A stretch of 63,977 nucleotides of DNA, counting the filler, from Octopus bimaculoides (taxonomy: Eukaryota): NCBI RefSeq assembly GCF_001194135.2. It is 5 parts of 4 records of this genome, joined end to end, with 100 filler letters (N's around TTAATTAATTAA, not from the genome) between each part and the next. Parts side by side here need not be neighbours in the genome. Positions count along the whole stretch, not along the records: positions 1 to 15,978 come from NC_068984.1; positions 16,079 to 24,098 come from NC_068987.1; positions 24,199 to 29,108 come from NC_068983.1; 2 more parts are not named here. One strand, written 5' to 3'. Below, one piece after another: positions 14,590 through 26,337 of this stretch (position 1 is its first letter; each line of letters begins with the position of its first letter). Made by a program: the position numbers and the translations under genes. The notes beneath the pieces are model-generated. The model was not told where the DNA came from. It ran no database searches and saw only the letters and a program-made list of their open reading frames with translations.

Positions 14590-15160
14590 CTCTTCTTCTG
14601 AAGGTAGAAGGCCTGAGATTGTGGGGACGGGAAATACTCGATTACATCGACATCAGAGTTCAACGGGTACTTAATTTATCGACCCCGAAAGGATGAAAGG
14701 CAAAGTCGACCTCGGTGGGGATTTGAACTCAGAACATGCAGACGGACGAAATGCCATTAAGCTTTTTGACCGGCGTGCTAACGATTCTGTCAGCTTGCCG
14801 CCCTAATAATAATAATCTTTTCTACTATAGGCACAAGGCCTGAAGTTTGTGGAGAGGGGGATAAGTCGATCACATCGACCCTAGGACTTGACNNNNNNNN
14901 NNNNNNNNNNNNNNNNNNNNNNNNNNNNNNNNNNNNNNNNNNNNNNNNNNNNNNNNNNNNNNNNNNNNNNNNNNNNNNNNNNNNNNNNNNNNNNNNNNNN
15001 NNNNNNNNNNNNNNNNNNNNNNNNNNNNNNNNNNNNNNNNNNNNNNNNNNNNNNNNNNNNNNNNNNNNNNNNNNNNNNNNTTGAACTCAGAAAGTAAAGA
15101 CGTACAAAATGCCGACTAATCATTTTGCCCGGCGTGCTATTCTGCCAGCTCGCCGCCTTA
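14590..15160 (-). mobile_element. SINE family A, two tandem copies (second spans a gap)
   Basis: Family A body at 14590-14805 and 14815-15160, separated by (AAT)n. Confidence 0.8.
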
Positions 15161-15244
15161 GTTCAGCATATTTATAATAGTAAGGTTAAGTAGTGAAACA
15201 CATAACTAAATGGCTTACAGTATTTAGTCCTAAGTCTTTCGTAT

Positions 15245-15695
15245 TTAGTCCCTAAGTCTTTCTTTCTTTTTACCTTTTCCTTTTACTTGTTTCAACCATT
15301 GAACTGCGGCCATGTTGAAGCACTGACTTTAAAGGTTTAGTCGAAAAAATCGCTCCCAATACTTGTTCTTTATTAAAAAAAAATCTGGTAATTATTCTCT
15401 CGATCTGTTTTGCTGAACTGCTAGTTTACGAGAGCGTAAAACAACGGTGATGAAGGACAAACAATTTAAAAACAGAAAGACACACACACACACGCCCACA
15501 CACACGCGCGCGCACATACATATATATTAATACGACGGGCTTCTTTCACCTTCCTTCTACGGAATCCATTCAGAAGGCATTGGTCGGTTCGGGGCCATAA
15601 TAGAAGACACATCCCTAATGTGCTGCACAGTAGGACTGAGACCAAGACCATATGATTGGGAAGCAATCATCTTAAGCACACAGCCACACGCTAAA
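15245..15695 (-). mobile_element. SINE family B, diverged copy
   Basis: Homologous to 19176-19574. Confidence 0.8.
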
Positions 15696-15758
15696 TTCAG
15701 AGCACTTGGGTCATATATATCTCCAAACTTTTAGATATATAGCAAGCTATCAGTAATA

Positions 15759-15918
15759 TAGTTCTATATTTAAGAGATGAGTAATTATGTACATTATTTA
15801 CGTTATTCACAATTGATGGATATTTGTCTTCATCTTATTTGTTTCGGCTGAATGAGAACCCGGGTTCTCATTCCTAAAGTATTTAGGATTCCGAGTTCGG
15901 TTTCAGGCAGTGACCTAC

Positions 15919-15925
<7 letters not shown>
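15759..15925. mobile_element. Rearranged copy of hammerhead SINE (family H)
   Basis: Tail on minus (15759-15851), 22-bp palindrome (15851-15872), B-box head on plus (15887-15916), then (AAT)n. Confidence 0.7.
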
Positions 15926-15978
<53 letters not shown>

Positions 15979-16022
15979 NNNNNNNNNNNNNNNNNNNNNN
16001 NNNNNNNNNNNNNNNNNNNNNN

Positions 16023-16034
16023 TTAATTAATTAA
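16023..16034. other. Assembly linker TTAATTAATTAA (also 24143-24154, 29153-29164, 58651-58662)
   Basis: Identical 12-mer with stop codons in all six frames, always embedded in N runs. Confidence 0.9.
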
Positions 16035-16289
16035 NNNNNNNNNNNNNNNNNNNNNNNNNNNNNNNNNNNNNNNNNNNNTATACATACGTGTACGCATGTA
16101 TGTGCATACATATGCCTATACATGCATGCATACATAGATATATGCATGCATGCATACATACATACATACACACATACACACACAAACATACATACATACA
16201 TGCATACATGCATGCATACAAACATACATACATACATACATACATACATACATACATACATACATGCATAACACCTGCTAAACAATCGC

Positions 16290-17580
16290 AGCAAAAACAA
16301 ATATATAAATGCAGTGCTGAAAAGTGAAGTGAGTAACATTGTACGAGTTGGCAGTGAACTCCTCAAAAAACACTCTCTTCCTGATGATCTGTACAGTCTC
16401 AAAACAGCTGGGCTCTCTTACCTCAGAGAGGGCCTGGCTGGAAAGCACTCAGCATACAGAAAAAAAAAGATCATGCATGGGTATGATGCCCAAAAGCTTG
16501 AAGAAGACAGTAGAATTGACACGAAGCGCAGCCTCTCTTGGACACAAGACCACTACATCACATCACATTTTGAAGGCCATGTGTTTGCAATCCAGGAACA
16601 GGAGATTGCCACAAAGTACCAGGTGAACAAGAGGGACAGTGACGCTCTTGTAATCCCAAGGTGCAACCGCATGTGTAGGCTATGTCATGTTTCTTATTTC
16701 TTTACTGCCCACAAGGGGTTACACACAGAGGGGACAAACAGGGACAGACAAACGGATGAAGTCGATTATATCGACCCCAGTGCGTAACTGGTACTTATTT
16801 AATCGACCCCGAAAGATGAAAGGCAAAGTCGACCTCGGCGGAATTTGAACTCAGAACGCAGCGGCAGACGAAATACCGTTAAGCATTTCGCCCGGCGTGC
16901 TAACGATTCTGCCAGCTCGCCGCCTTTATGTCATGTTTCTCTAGAAGACATTAGCAGCTGTCCTAAAATATCGTCACGGCACTACCTCCCTATGCGGCAC
17001 GATGTTGTTGCTAAAACAATTTACAATGCCATCCGCAAAAAAAAAAAAAAAGACTGTCCTGAAAGAAACTTAGAAAATTCTTCTGTTATGGAATACATTC
17101 ACAAACACCAACTCAAGGAATATTGGTGGAATATTCCAATCAAAACTTCTGTCAAATGTAAACATAACAGACCGGATATTGTGGTTTGGGACAGAGGGAC
17201 ATTACAGAGGTAAGCTGCACTGCAGATATAAATTTCTCTTTGAAATCAAAGAAAAAGAGGATATCTATAGACAACAGTTTCGAAACCTCCAGCTTCTATA
17301 TTCAGATTATGGATTCATATTCATACCAATAACAATTGGAGCACTCGGTTTTATTAGTAAATGCTTGAAGAAGAATCTGGATAAACTGGGATTTTCAGAA
17401 AGAGAAATCAACCGGCTAATTCGTACATTAGAAGTGCAATCTATAAATGGAACAGTAAAAAATAGGCAAGACTTTTCTAAGTTCCAAATGTGAATTTGTC
17501 TATGTTGATTATATCCCAAAAACGGAGCCTTGTATCGTTGTTAGAAACCGGCTCCCTCCTCAGTGGAAGATTCATAATAA
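16290..17580 (+). mobile_element. R4/Dong-like LINE 3' part (Zn knuckle and RLE), interrupted by a SINE
   Basis: FAIQEQEIATK...CRLCHVS|LEDISSCPK...RHDVVAK...WWNIPIKTSVKCKHNRPDIVVWD...IPITIGALG, with frameshifts. Confidence 0.85.
16695..16926 (-). mobile_element. SINE family A variant with 14-bp TSD
   Basis: TATGTCATGTTTCT at 16681-16694 and 16927-16940 brackets the copy exactly. Confidence 0.92.
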
Positions 17581-18733
17581 TTTAAAAAAATTAAAGCAAC
17601 ATACATACATACAAACATACATAAACAAACACATATACATGCACATATATTGCTTTATAAAACTAGTTCACATATAATAACGTTTCTCTCCAAACTGTTT
17701 TCATCATCGTGGATATAACCTGGCCTAGTATCTCGACCGGCATACTCTCCAATGGTTTTAGAGAGATTGAACTTGGACCCTCTGTTTACAACCTATTTCT
17801 GATATTCTAACAACAGGCTTATTGTGTTGGAGTACAATGGCATCGTTATGTTCATGTACTTAGGCTTTAAGTTTAAGCATTTGTCTCAATTGATGTTGTT
17901 TGTTTGTTAGTTTGTATTGCCGCAATCAATGACAGTCGAAGATAAAACCACTTAGGACAGCTAAAAGCTACGAAACAGTAAGTGTTTAAAGTAGCCTCTT
18001 CAATGAACTCACCATTCAGTCTAGTGAAGAAATATCCTCGCCCATTGTCTTTCATAGATAGATAGATAGATANNNNNNNNNNNNNNNNNNNNNNNNNNNN
18101 NNNNNNNNNNNNNNNNNNNNNNNNNNNNNNNNNNNNNNNNNNNNNNNNNNNNNNNNNNNNNNNNNNNNNNNNATATATATATATATATATATATATTAAA
18201 AAAAAAGAACTGGGCCGATTAGTTTAACTAAAATTACTCAAGGCGGTGCCCTCGCATGGCCGCAGTCTTTTAACTGAAACAAGTAAAAGTATAAAAGAAT
18301 ACGTAATTGTATATATTAAAAATATGCTGCTCCATCATGACCGCAGGTCTAAAGCTGAAACATTTTAAAGAAAAAGAAGTATACACACAGACATATATAC
18401 ATGTCTATATACACATAGATACATATATGTGTAAGCATATATATATGTATATATAGATGTATATATATGCATATTTATATGTATGTGTATACACGGGCAC
18501 ACAGACACACACACACACACACATACACACACACAGAGGCGCATACACACGCTCATGCGTATATATGTGCGTGTGTATGTATGTATGTGTGTACGTGTAT
18601 GTAAGGAAAATGTTAATTGTCATATAAATTTGATACTCTACTTGAATGAATTGAGTGACCCTAAAGTTAATATTTGACTATCGTTGTATATGAATGACTG
18701 ACAAACAACATATACATATTTATATATATCTAT

Positions 18734-18764
<31 letters not shown>

Positions 18765-19175
18765 TATATATATATATNNNNNNNNNNNNNNNNNNNNNNN
18801 NNNNNNNNNNNNNNNNNNNNNNNNNNNNNNNNNNNNNNNNNNNNNNNNNNNNNNNNNNNNNNNNNNNNNNNNNNNNNNNNNNNNNNNNNNNNNNNNNNNN
18901 NNNNNNNNNNNNNNNNNNNNNNNNNNNNNNNNNNNNNNNNNNNNNNNNNNNNNNNNNNNNNNNNNNNNNNNNNNNNNNNNNNNNNNNNNNNNNNNNNNNN
19001 NNNNNNNNNNNNNNNNNNNNNNNNNNNNNNNNNNNNNNNNNNNNNNNNNNNNNNNNNNNNNNNNNNNNNNNNNNNNNNNNNNNNNNNNNNNNNNNNNNNN
19101 NNNNNNNNNNNNNNNNNNNNNNNNNNNNNNNNNNNNNNNNATATATATACATATACAAATATATATATAAATATA

Positions 19176-19574
19176 GGCGCAGGAGTAGCTGTGTGGTAAG
19201 TAGCTTGCTTACCAACCACATGGTACCGGGTTCAGTTTCATTGCGTGGCATCTTGGGCAAGTGTCTTCTACTATAGCCTCGGGCCGACCAAAGCTTTGCG
19301 CGTGGATTTGGTAGACGGAAACTGAAAGAAGCCCGTCGTATATATGTATATATATGTGTGTGTGTGCATGTTTCTGTGTCTGTGTTTGTCGCCCTAGCAT
19401 TGCTTGACAACCGATGCTGGTGTGTTTATGTCCCCGTAACTTAACGGTTCGGATATAAGAGACCGATAGAATAAGTACTAGGCTTACAAAGAATAAGTCC
19501 CGGGGTCGATATGGTCCAGTAAAGGCGGCACTCTAGCATAGCCGCAGTCAAATGACTGAAACAAGTAAAAGAGA
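19176..19574 (+). mobile_element. SINE family B, full-length reference copy (tRNA head, CORE-like segment)
   Basis: GGCGCAGGAGTAGCTGTGTGGTAAG A-box, GGGTTCAGTTTCA B-box-like, CTTGGGCAAGTGTCTTCT CORE-like segment, internal (TA)(TG) tract, ACTGAAACAAGTAAAAGAG tail. Confidence 0.9.
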
Positions 19575-20114
19575 CTATATACATATTTCTGAGTATGTAT
19601 ATATGCATGTATTTACGTATGTTTTCTCTGTATATACATAATCTTTTCTAAAGATATACACATACGTATATGTAAATGCATCCGTGCGTGCGCGCGTGCA
19701 TGTGTGCGCGTGTGTGTTTGTGTGTGTGCATTTGGTTTTGTGAACAGGTGTAAGACTGCCTAATACGTAGTCGCTAGCGTATGGCGAAACACGTCGTTGC
19801 CATTCAAAGTTTATGGCCACTTCATTCTGGTGACGTCTGTGTTGATTCATGATAATATTCACTGTTAATATAAAACAAAAACAAAAACAAACAAAAAATC
19901 TGACCACGCCCAAGCTTGGTTGTGTTGCAAGAAGTTTGCTTCCCAGCCACATGGTCTTGGGTTCAGTCTCACCGCATGTCATCTTCTGCAAGTTTTCTTT
20001 TTTCTTTTTTATGCTAAAGCCCAGAGCCAGCCAAAACCTTGTGAGTAGATTTTGTGGACGAAAACTCAAAGGAATGTCTGTCGTGTATACGCCCCTACTC
20101 GCCCCTACTCGCCC

Positions 20115-20791
20115 CTAACCCCATATATATATGGGTCGTTTTTGCTTTATAATAAGCGAGAATTTTTCAGAAGGCTCCAGGAAAGCGAAACGACCCATGT
20201 TACATGATGAAAACCGTGAAGTTTGGGGGTAAGATTCTGATGCTTTGGGTATACATAAAAAGTGATGGTTCAAGAAAGTTAGTTTAATATTGACGGTAAC
20301 TTGAATAGTACCAAATACATCCAGTTGTTGAAGGACAATTTGGTACCAGACTTGGTTGAAGGTGAGATTTTCAGCATGACGGAGCTCCAAACCACAGATC
20401 GCGTGCAACACAACAGAGTCTGGCTGATGAAAGTGTCACCGTATTGAAAGACTGGCCAGCTCAGAGCCCTGACTTAAATATCATCGAACAAATGTGGACA
20501 AAACTAAAGAGAAGAGTTCACCAGAAGAATCCACGCAATCTTGAAGAGTTGTGGGAGTTCAGCCACAGAGAATGGCATCCTATACCTGTGAAGTTGGAGA
20601 AGGATTTGTACACATCTCTTCCCAGGTGCATTGAAGCAATTATTGAAGCTGAGAGAAGCCACACGAAATATTAACAATGTACAGTAACTTCTTGAAATGA
20701 ACATTATGTAATAAATTTTCATTATAGACATTTTAAAACACTGTATCTTAATTGATTGGTGTGAGATGGCCGAAAACTTTTGCACGGCCAT
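20115..20791 (+). mobile_element. Tc1-like transposon 3' half (DD34E), frameshifted
   Basis: ...GNLNSTKYIQLLKDNL...FQHDGAPNH...DWPAQSPDLNIIEQMW...RNLEELW...HTKY*. A TIR-like AAAACTTTTGCACGGCCA follows at about 20773-20790. Confidence 0.88.
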
Positions 20792-21790
20792 TTTTTGTGG
20801 TCGTCTCGCATATTTCCCTTTCATCAAGAACCCTTACTACAAAATATAGTGATTAGGTATGGAAATGACTCCAACAGGGCTAAAATTTCATCTGTAAAAA
20901 ACGCGAGGCGAAATGTCCACTCGTTGGCTATTAGTAGAAATTTACAATAGTTTAAAGTGGCCGAAGACTTTCGGACGGTACTCTGTGTGTGTATGTGTGT
21001 GTGTGTGTGTGTGTGTGCTGGTTCGTCTCCACCCCACCGCTTGACAACCGGTGTCGGTTTGTTTACGTCCCCTAATTTAGTTCATGCATACATACATACA
21101 TACATGCATACATACATACATACATATATGCATACATACATACAAGCATGCATGCATGCATGCATACATACATACATACATACATACATACATACATACA
21201 TACATACATACAATTTCGGCGACACAGTTTCCATCTACCAAATTCACACGAAAGGCGTTTATTGGTATGGAGCTATAGTAGACGACACTTACTCAAGGGG
21301 TGTCACACTGGATCTGAACCCAAAACCACGGAGTTGCAAAACTAACTTCTGAAGCACACAGCCACGTCAGCGCTGATATCGATGCCTCCTCGAATCGGAC
21401 ACCTGCCCCACGTTCTTGCTATAGAAGGGATTCGGCAAAAGAGAACTTTGGTAAACTGAGCGACGGAAGGTAACTCGATGCAGAGTGGGTGCAGGTTACG
21501 CACAAAACCAGAAAGCAGCAGTAGTTCATGTGACGACACGAACTCCCGCCCTCAGTATTGCTCCCTATAATCGCGTACAGTTTGTTCTTTGTTACAGCAT
21601 CGAATATATGTGGCCCTTTGCATTAGTTTGTATCGCAATAACATGGTTACTTATTTACTTTTGAGGGCAGCGCAGTTGCCCATTATGGGCGGGGTGAGGT
21701 GGAGGTGGGGGGATTAGAAGGTTGATATTGGTGATGTTGATGATGGTATTGGTGGTGGCCGTGACTATGAGGGCAGTGTTGGAGACATTA

Positions 21791-21822
<32 letters not shown>

Positions 21823-21846
21823 TAACTACTACTACTACTACTACTG

Positions 21847-21878
<32 letters not shown>

Positions 21879-22869
21879 GCTACTACTACTACTACTACTA
21901 CTACTACTGCTACTACTACTACTACTGCTACTGCTACTGCTACTACTNNNNNNNNNNNNNNNNNNNNNNNNNNNNNNNNNNNNNNNNNNNNNNNNNNNNN
22001 NNNNNNNNNNNNNNNNNNNNNNNNNNNNNNNNNNNNNNNNNNNNNNNNNNNNNNNNNNNNNNNNNNNNNNNNNNNNNNNNNNNNNNNNNNNNNNNNNNNN
22101 NNNNNNNNNNNNNNNNNNNNNNNNNNNNNNNNNNNNNNNNNNNNNNNNNNNNNNNNNNNNNNNNNNNNNNNNNNNNNNNNNNNNNNNNNNNNNNNNNNNN
22201 NNNNNNNNNNNNNNNNNNNNNNNNNNNNNNNNNNNNNNNNNNNNNNNNNNNNNNNNNNNNNNNNNNNNNNNNNNNNNNNNNNNNNNNNNNNNNNNNNNNN
22301 NNNNNNNNNNNNNNNNNNNNNNNNNNNNNNNNNNNNNNNNNNNNNNNNNNNNNNNNNNNNNNNNNNNNNNNNNNNNNNNNNNNNNNNNNNNNNNNNNNNN
22401 NNNNNNNNNNNNNNNNNNNNNNNNNNNNNNNNNNNNNNNNNNNNNNNNNNNNNNNNNNNNNNNNNNNNNNNNNNNNNNNNNNNNNNNNNNNNNNNNNNNN
22501 NNNNNNNNNNNNNNNNNNNNNNNNNNNNNNNNNNNNNNNNNNNNNNNNNNNNNNNNNNNNNNNNNNNNNNNNNNNNNNNNNNNNNNNNNNNNNNNNNNNN
22601 NNNNNNNNNNNNNNNNNNNNNNNNNNNNNNNNNNNNNNNNNNNNNNNNNNNNNNNNNNNNNNNNNNNNNNNNNNNNNNNNNNNNNNNNNNNNNNNNNNNN
22701 NNNNNNNNNNNNNNNNNNNNNNNNNNNNNNNNNNNNNNNNNNNNNNNNNNNNNNNNNNNNNNNNNNNNNNNNNNNNNNNNNNNNNNNNNNNNNNNNNNNN
22801 NNNNNNNNNNNNNNNNNNNNNNNNNNNNNNNNNNNNNNNNNNNNNTGGTGGTGGTGGTGGTAGTTCTTC

Positions 22870-23810
22870 TGTTACCGCTGCTGATTTTTCCTCTTTTGCT
22901 TTCATTCTTTCGGGGTCGATAAAATAAGTACCAGCTGAATTCTGTAGTCGACGTAATCGACTACTATCTCCCTCATCAAAATTTTCAGCCCTTGTGTCTA
23001 TAATAGAAAAGATTATTATTATTAAGGCGGCGCGCTGGCGCAATCGTTAACACGCTGTACAAAATGCTTAGCAGTGTTTCGTCCGTCGCTACGTTCTGAG
23101 TTCAAATTCCACCGAGGTCGACTTCGCCTTTCATCCTTGTGCCTTTAGTATTATTATTATTATTATTAAGGCGTCCAGCTGGCAAAATCGTTCGCAAGCC
23201 GGAGAAAATGCTTAGCAGCATTTCTTACGTCTTTACGCGGTCGGTTTTGTCTTTCGTTCTTTCGGGGTCTATGAAATAAGTACCAGTTATGCACTGGAGT
23301 CGATATAATCGACTAGCCCCCTCCCCCAAATTTTCAGGCCTTTTTTTGCCTATAGTAGAAAGGATTATTATTATTGTTATTAAGGCGGCGAGCAGGTAAA
23401 ATAGTATGTTGGGCTAAATGCTTAGCGGCATTTCGAGTTCAAATTGCACCGTGGTCGACTTTGCCTTCCATCCTTTCGGGGTCGATGAATTAAGTACCAG
23501 TGAAAGACTAGGGTCAATGTAATCGACACATCCCTTCTCCCCAAAACTGATTCCCTTGCGGCAAAATTTGAAACCACTATCATCGTTGTTGTTGTTGCTG
23601 TTGTTGTTATTAGGGTGGCAAGGTGGCAGAATCGTTAACACACCGGTCAAAATGCTTAGCAGTATTTCTTCGGGCTCTTAAAATGCTGTGTTCAAAATCC
23701 GTCGAGGTTGATTTCGTCTGTCCTCCTTTTATAGTAGATATATAAAAAAAAAAGTATCAGTTGAATACTATGTAATCGATGTAATCAACTATCTTCCCTC
23801 ACCCCCAAAT
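22870..23810. mobile_element. Cluster of about 5 SINE family A copies
   Basis: Repeated AAGGCG..GCTGG heads and GGGGTCGAT bodies separated by (TTA)n. Mostly plus strand; one minus copy at about 23414-23580. Confidence 0.8.
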
Positions 23811-23967
23811 TTCAGACGTTTAGCGCATTATATACATACACACACATGCATACATACATACATATACATATATATAAAATTTATTTATGAGGGTAGAAAT
23901 TGATATTAATCAATTAGAACCAGTGGTCTAGCATATTAAAAAAATCCGAAGATTAAAATTATATTAC

Positions 23968-24096
23968 ATACAAAAATAAGAGGAATGACCAGCAAAAGTG
24001 GACTCCTATATGCTAGAAATAGATGCCGAATCATCTAACCACGGAAAAAATATGTTCTCAGTCCATTTTTGCTGGTCATTCCTCTTATTTTTGTAT
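23968..24096. mobile_element. Small MITE-like inverted repeat
   Basis: 37-nt arms at 23968-24004 and 24060-24096, 36/37 identical, with TA at both outer ends. Confidence 0.6.
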
Positions 24097-24198
24097 ATNN
24101 NNNNNNNNNNNNNNNNNNNNNNNNNNNNNNNNNNNNNNNNNNTTAATTAATTAANNNNNNNNNNNNNNNNNNNNNNNNNNNNNNNNNNNNNNNNNNNN

Positions 24199-24230
<32 letters not shown>

Positions 24231-24765
24231 GAGAAAAGAGGAAGAGAGAGAAAGAGAAAGAGAGAGAAACAGAAAGAGAGAGTAGAGCCCGGTATGTCCA
24301 AGTATCTTGCAGCGAAAATTGCTTGAGTTATCAAATTTATCCCCACCACTAGAGGATTATCATAATTATCCAAGGGCAATAACCACTAGCTCCACTTGAG
24401 AAGGTGATATAATCTCACGATTAAAGATTCTAAAAAACCGACTTGTCATTGTAGAAAAGGACAGGTATATTGTCTGGAAGAAAGAGGACAGTCAGTGACA
24501 CGTGTTCTCAGTTCGATAGATTTAATTAGCACGGTATTTCTCATACCTTGTCTCCAGTAATCAAAGGACTAAGACTTCTACGAAACAGAGTAAAAATCAT
24601 TCATGGCCAAGATAATTTGCATAATTTGAGCAAAAATTAACTCTGGAATATTGGTAGGATAATTGTCATACTTATAAAGGCTATTGAGCCAGAAGCACGT
24701 GACCTTTTCGGCAATGGCGTATAATGATAATTTTAATTAATAAAGAATTTTTGTTGTATGGTATT

Positions 24766-24870
24766 TGAGGACAAATATCTGTCAAATGTAAATAATGTAA
24801 AAAAATGTAAATAATGTAAATAATGTAAATAATGTACATAATTCCTCGCCTCTTAGATATAGAACTGTAT
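24766..24870 (+). mobile_element. Hammerhead SINE (family H), 3' tail only
   Basis: TGAGGACAAATATCTGTCAAATGTAAATAATGT...AATTCCTCGCCTCTTAGATATAGAACTGTA matches the tail of 26338-26610. Confidence 0.75.
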
Positions 24871-25155
24871 CTTTTCGCTTTTTGGACTCCTCAAAAAGTT
24901 TGAATTGTTCTACTTGAACGTATTTTCTCTCTCTCTCTCTCTCTCTCTCNNNNNNNNNNNNNNNNNNNNNNNNNNNNNNNNNNNNNNNNNNNNNNNNNNN
25001 NNNNNNNNNNNNNNNNNNNNNNNNNNNNNNNNNNNNNNNNNNNNNNNNNNNNNNNNNNNNNNNNNNNNNNNNNNNNNNNNNNNNNNNNNNNNNNNNNNNN
25101 NNNNNNNNNNNNNNNNNNNNNNNNNNNNNNNNNNNNNNNNNNNNNNNNNNNNNNN

Positions 25156-26010
25156 GGTGTTTTCAGGACATTTATAATGAATTAGTCTTATAGCTGTTTC
25201 TGGGATATTATGGATATCCCTTCATCAGAGACGGCGTGAGAAAATATCTGAGTTCGAATTATTATGGAAACGGAGGAGATAGGGAATATAGAGGGAAATA
25301 AGAGAATGAAAGTAGAAATAAGATATATAAGGATACTGTAGTTGCAGTTCCATTATTCAAGGAAAATGCTGTATGGAAGTGGTAAAAAAGTTTCCTGTAC
25401 ATGGTATGTAAGTTCCAATAGCAGTTCATGTTTAGTCATTTCAAAGTATGGAGCCATGGAATCAGTGTTCCTCGTTCGAAAGGGTTTTGTGGTGTGAATG
25501 AAAATTTGAGAATGTATTGGTACTATTGTGGATAGATGGGGTGGGGTGTATATGATTAGAAAGAGGAGATAGGTCAAATTTAAAACAGGAAGAGAGAATG
25601 AGAGGGAGAAAGTGAGGGAAAAGAAAAAAGAAAAAGGGAGAGAGAAAAAGAGTGAAAAAGGGAAGAAAGGGTGAAAGAAGTGAGAAAGGGAGTGGTAGTT
25701 GGTGGTCAAGATAATGTGATGGGAGGTTGGGAGAGGTGTGGGGGAGGGATAGGAAGAGATGGGAAGGTAAGGAGTAAAAGAATGTGAGATATGTGAGTAG
25801 TAGTGATATGACAGAGCTGCATTAAGGGATGGATAGAGAAAAGGTAGAGAAAAGGTATACGTGGGGTGATACAGAAGTAAGTAGTAGATTTGGTAGTAAA
25901 ATTTGAAGTGGAGGGAAGAATATAAGGATGTCAAATTACTATAAATAGACGTATGTGATATGTAGGAATAGGAGAGGAGGAAAGAAGGTATAATGACATA
26001 CGTACGTACG
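25156..26010 (-). mobile_element. Putative Penelope-like 3' region/pseudo-LTR
   Basis: Pyrimidine-rich on minus, ends in a hammerhead, and lies downstream on the same strand of the GIY-YIG fragment at 27191-27530. Confidence 0.5.
25185..25232 (-). ncRNA. Minimal type I hammerhead ribozyme (Penelope-associated), probably drifted
   Basis: GTCT-CTGATGA-A-GGGATAT(CCATA)ATATCCC-A-GAAA-C(AGCT)A-TA-AGAC: stem I 4 bp, stem II 7 bp, palindromic loop III. Confidence 0.7.
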
Positions 26011-26337
26011 CACACACATACATATATATTTGCGAATATGCATACATATACTCACACACACATATATACAGAAGTATACATACGCCTATATACACATGCA
26101 TGCTCACGCGCATCTGTAGATGTATTCATACATGCATATGCGTGCGCATACACGTATATATGCAGGCACAGGCACATACGTGCGTGCAGGTGCACACGCA
26201 TTTACAGTCAAGCGCATGCGCGCATAAGGTACTTACGTACACATATATCCACATATACACATTCATTCATATATATTTGTGTATATATATATGCACGTGC
26301 GTATACATACATATACACACGCACATATATATATATG

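Noticed and set aside
16023-16034. Recurrent palindromic TTAATTAATTAA (4 times)
   Set aside because: Always centred in N runs and stops all six frames, so it is a scaffolding linker. It also means adjacency across these points is unverified.
25353-26015. 220-aa minus-strand ORF
   Set aside because: Low-complexity S/L/F/Y/P translation of a pyrimidine-rich tract with no domain motif; treated as repeat UTR.
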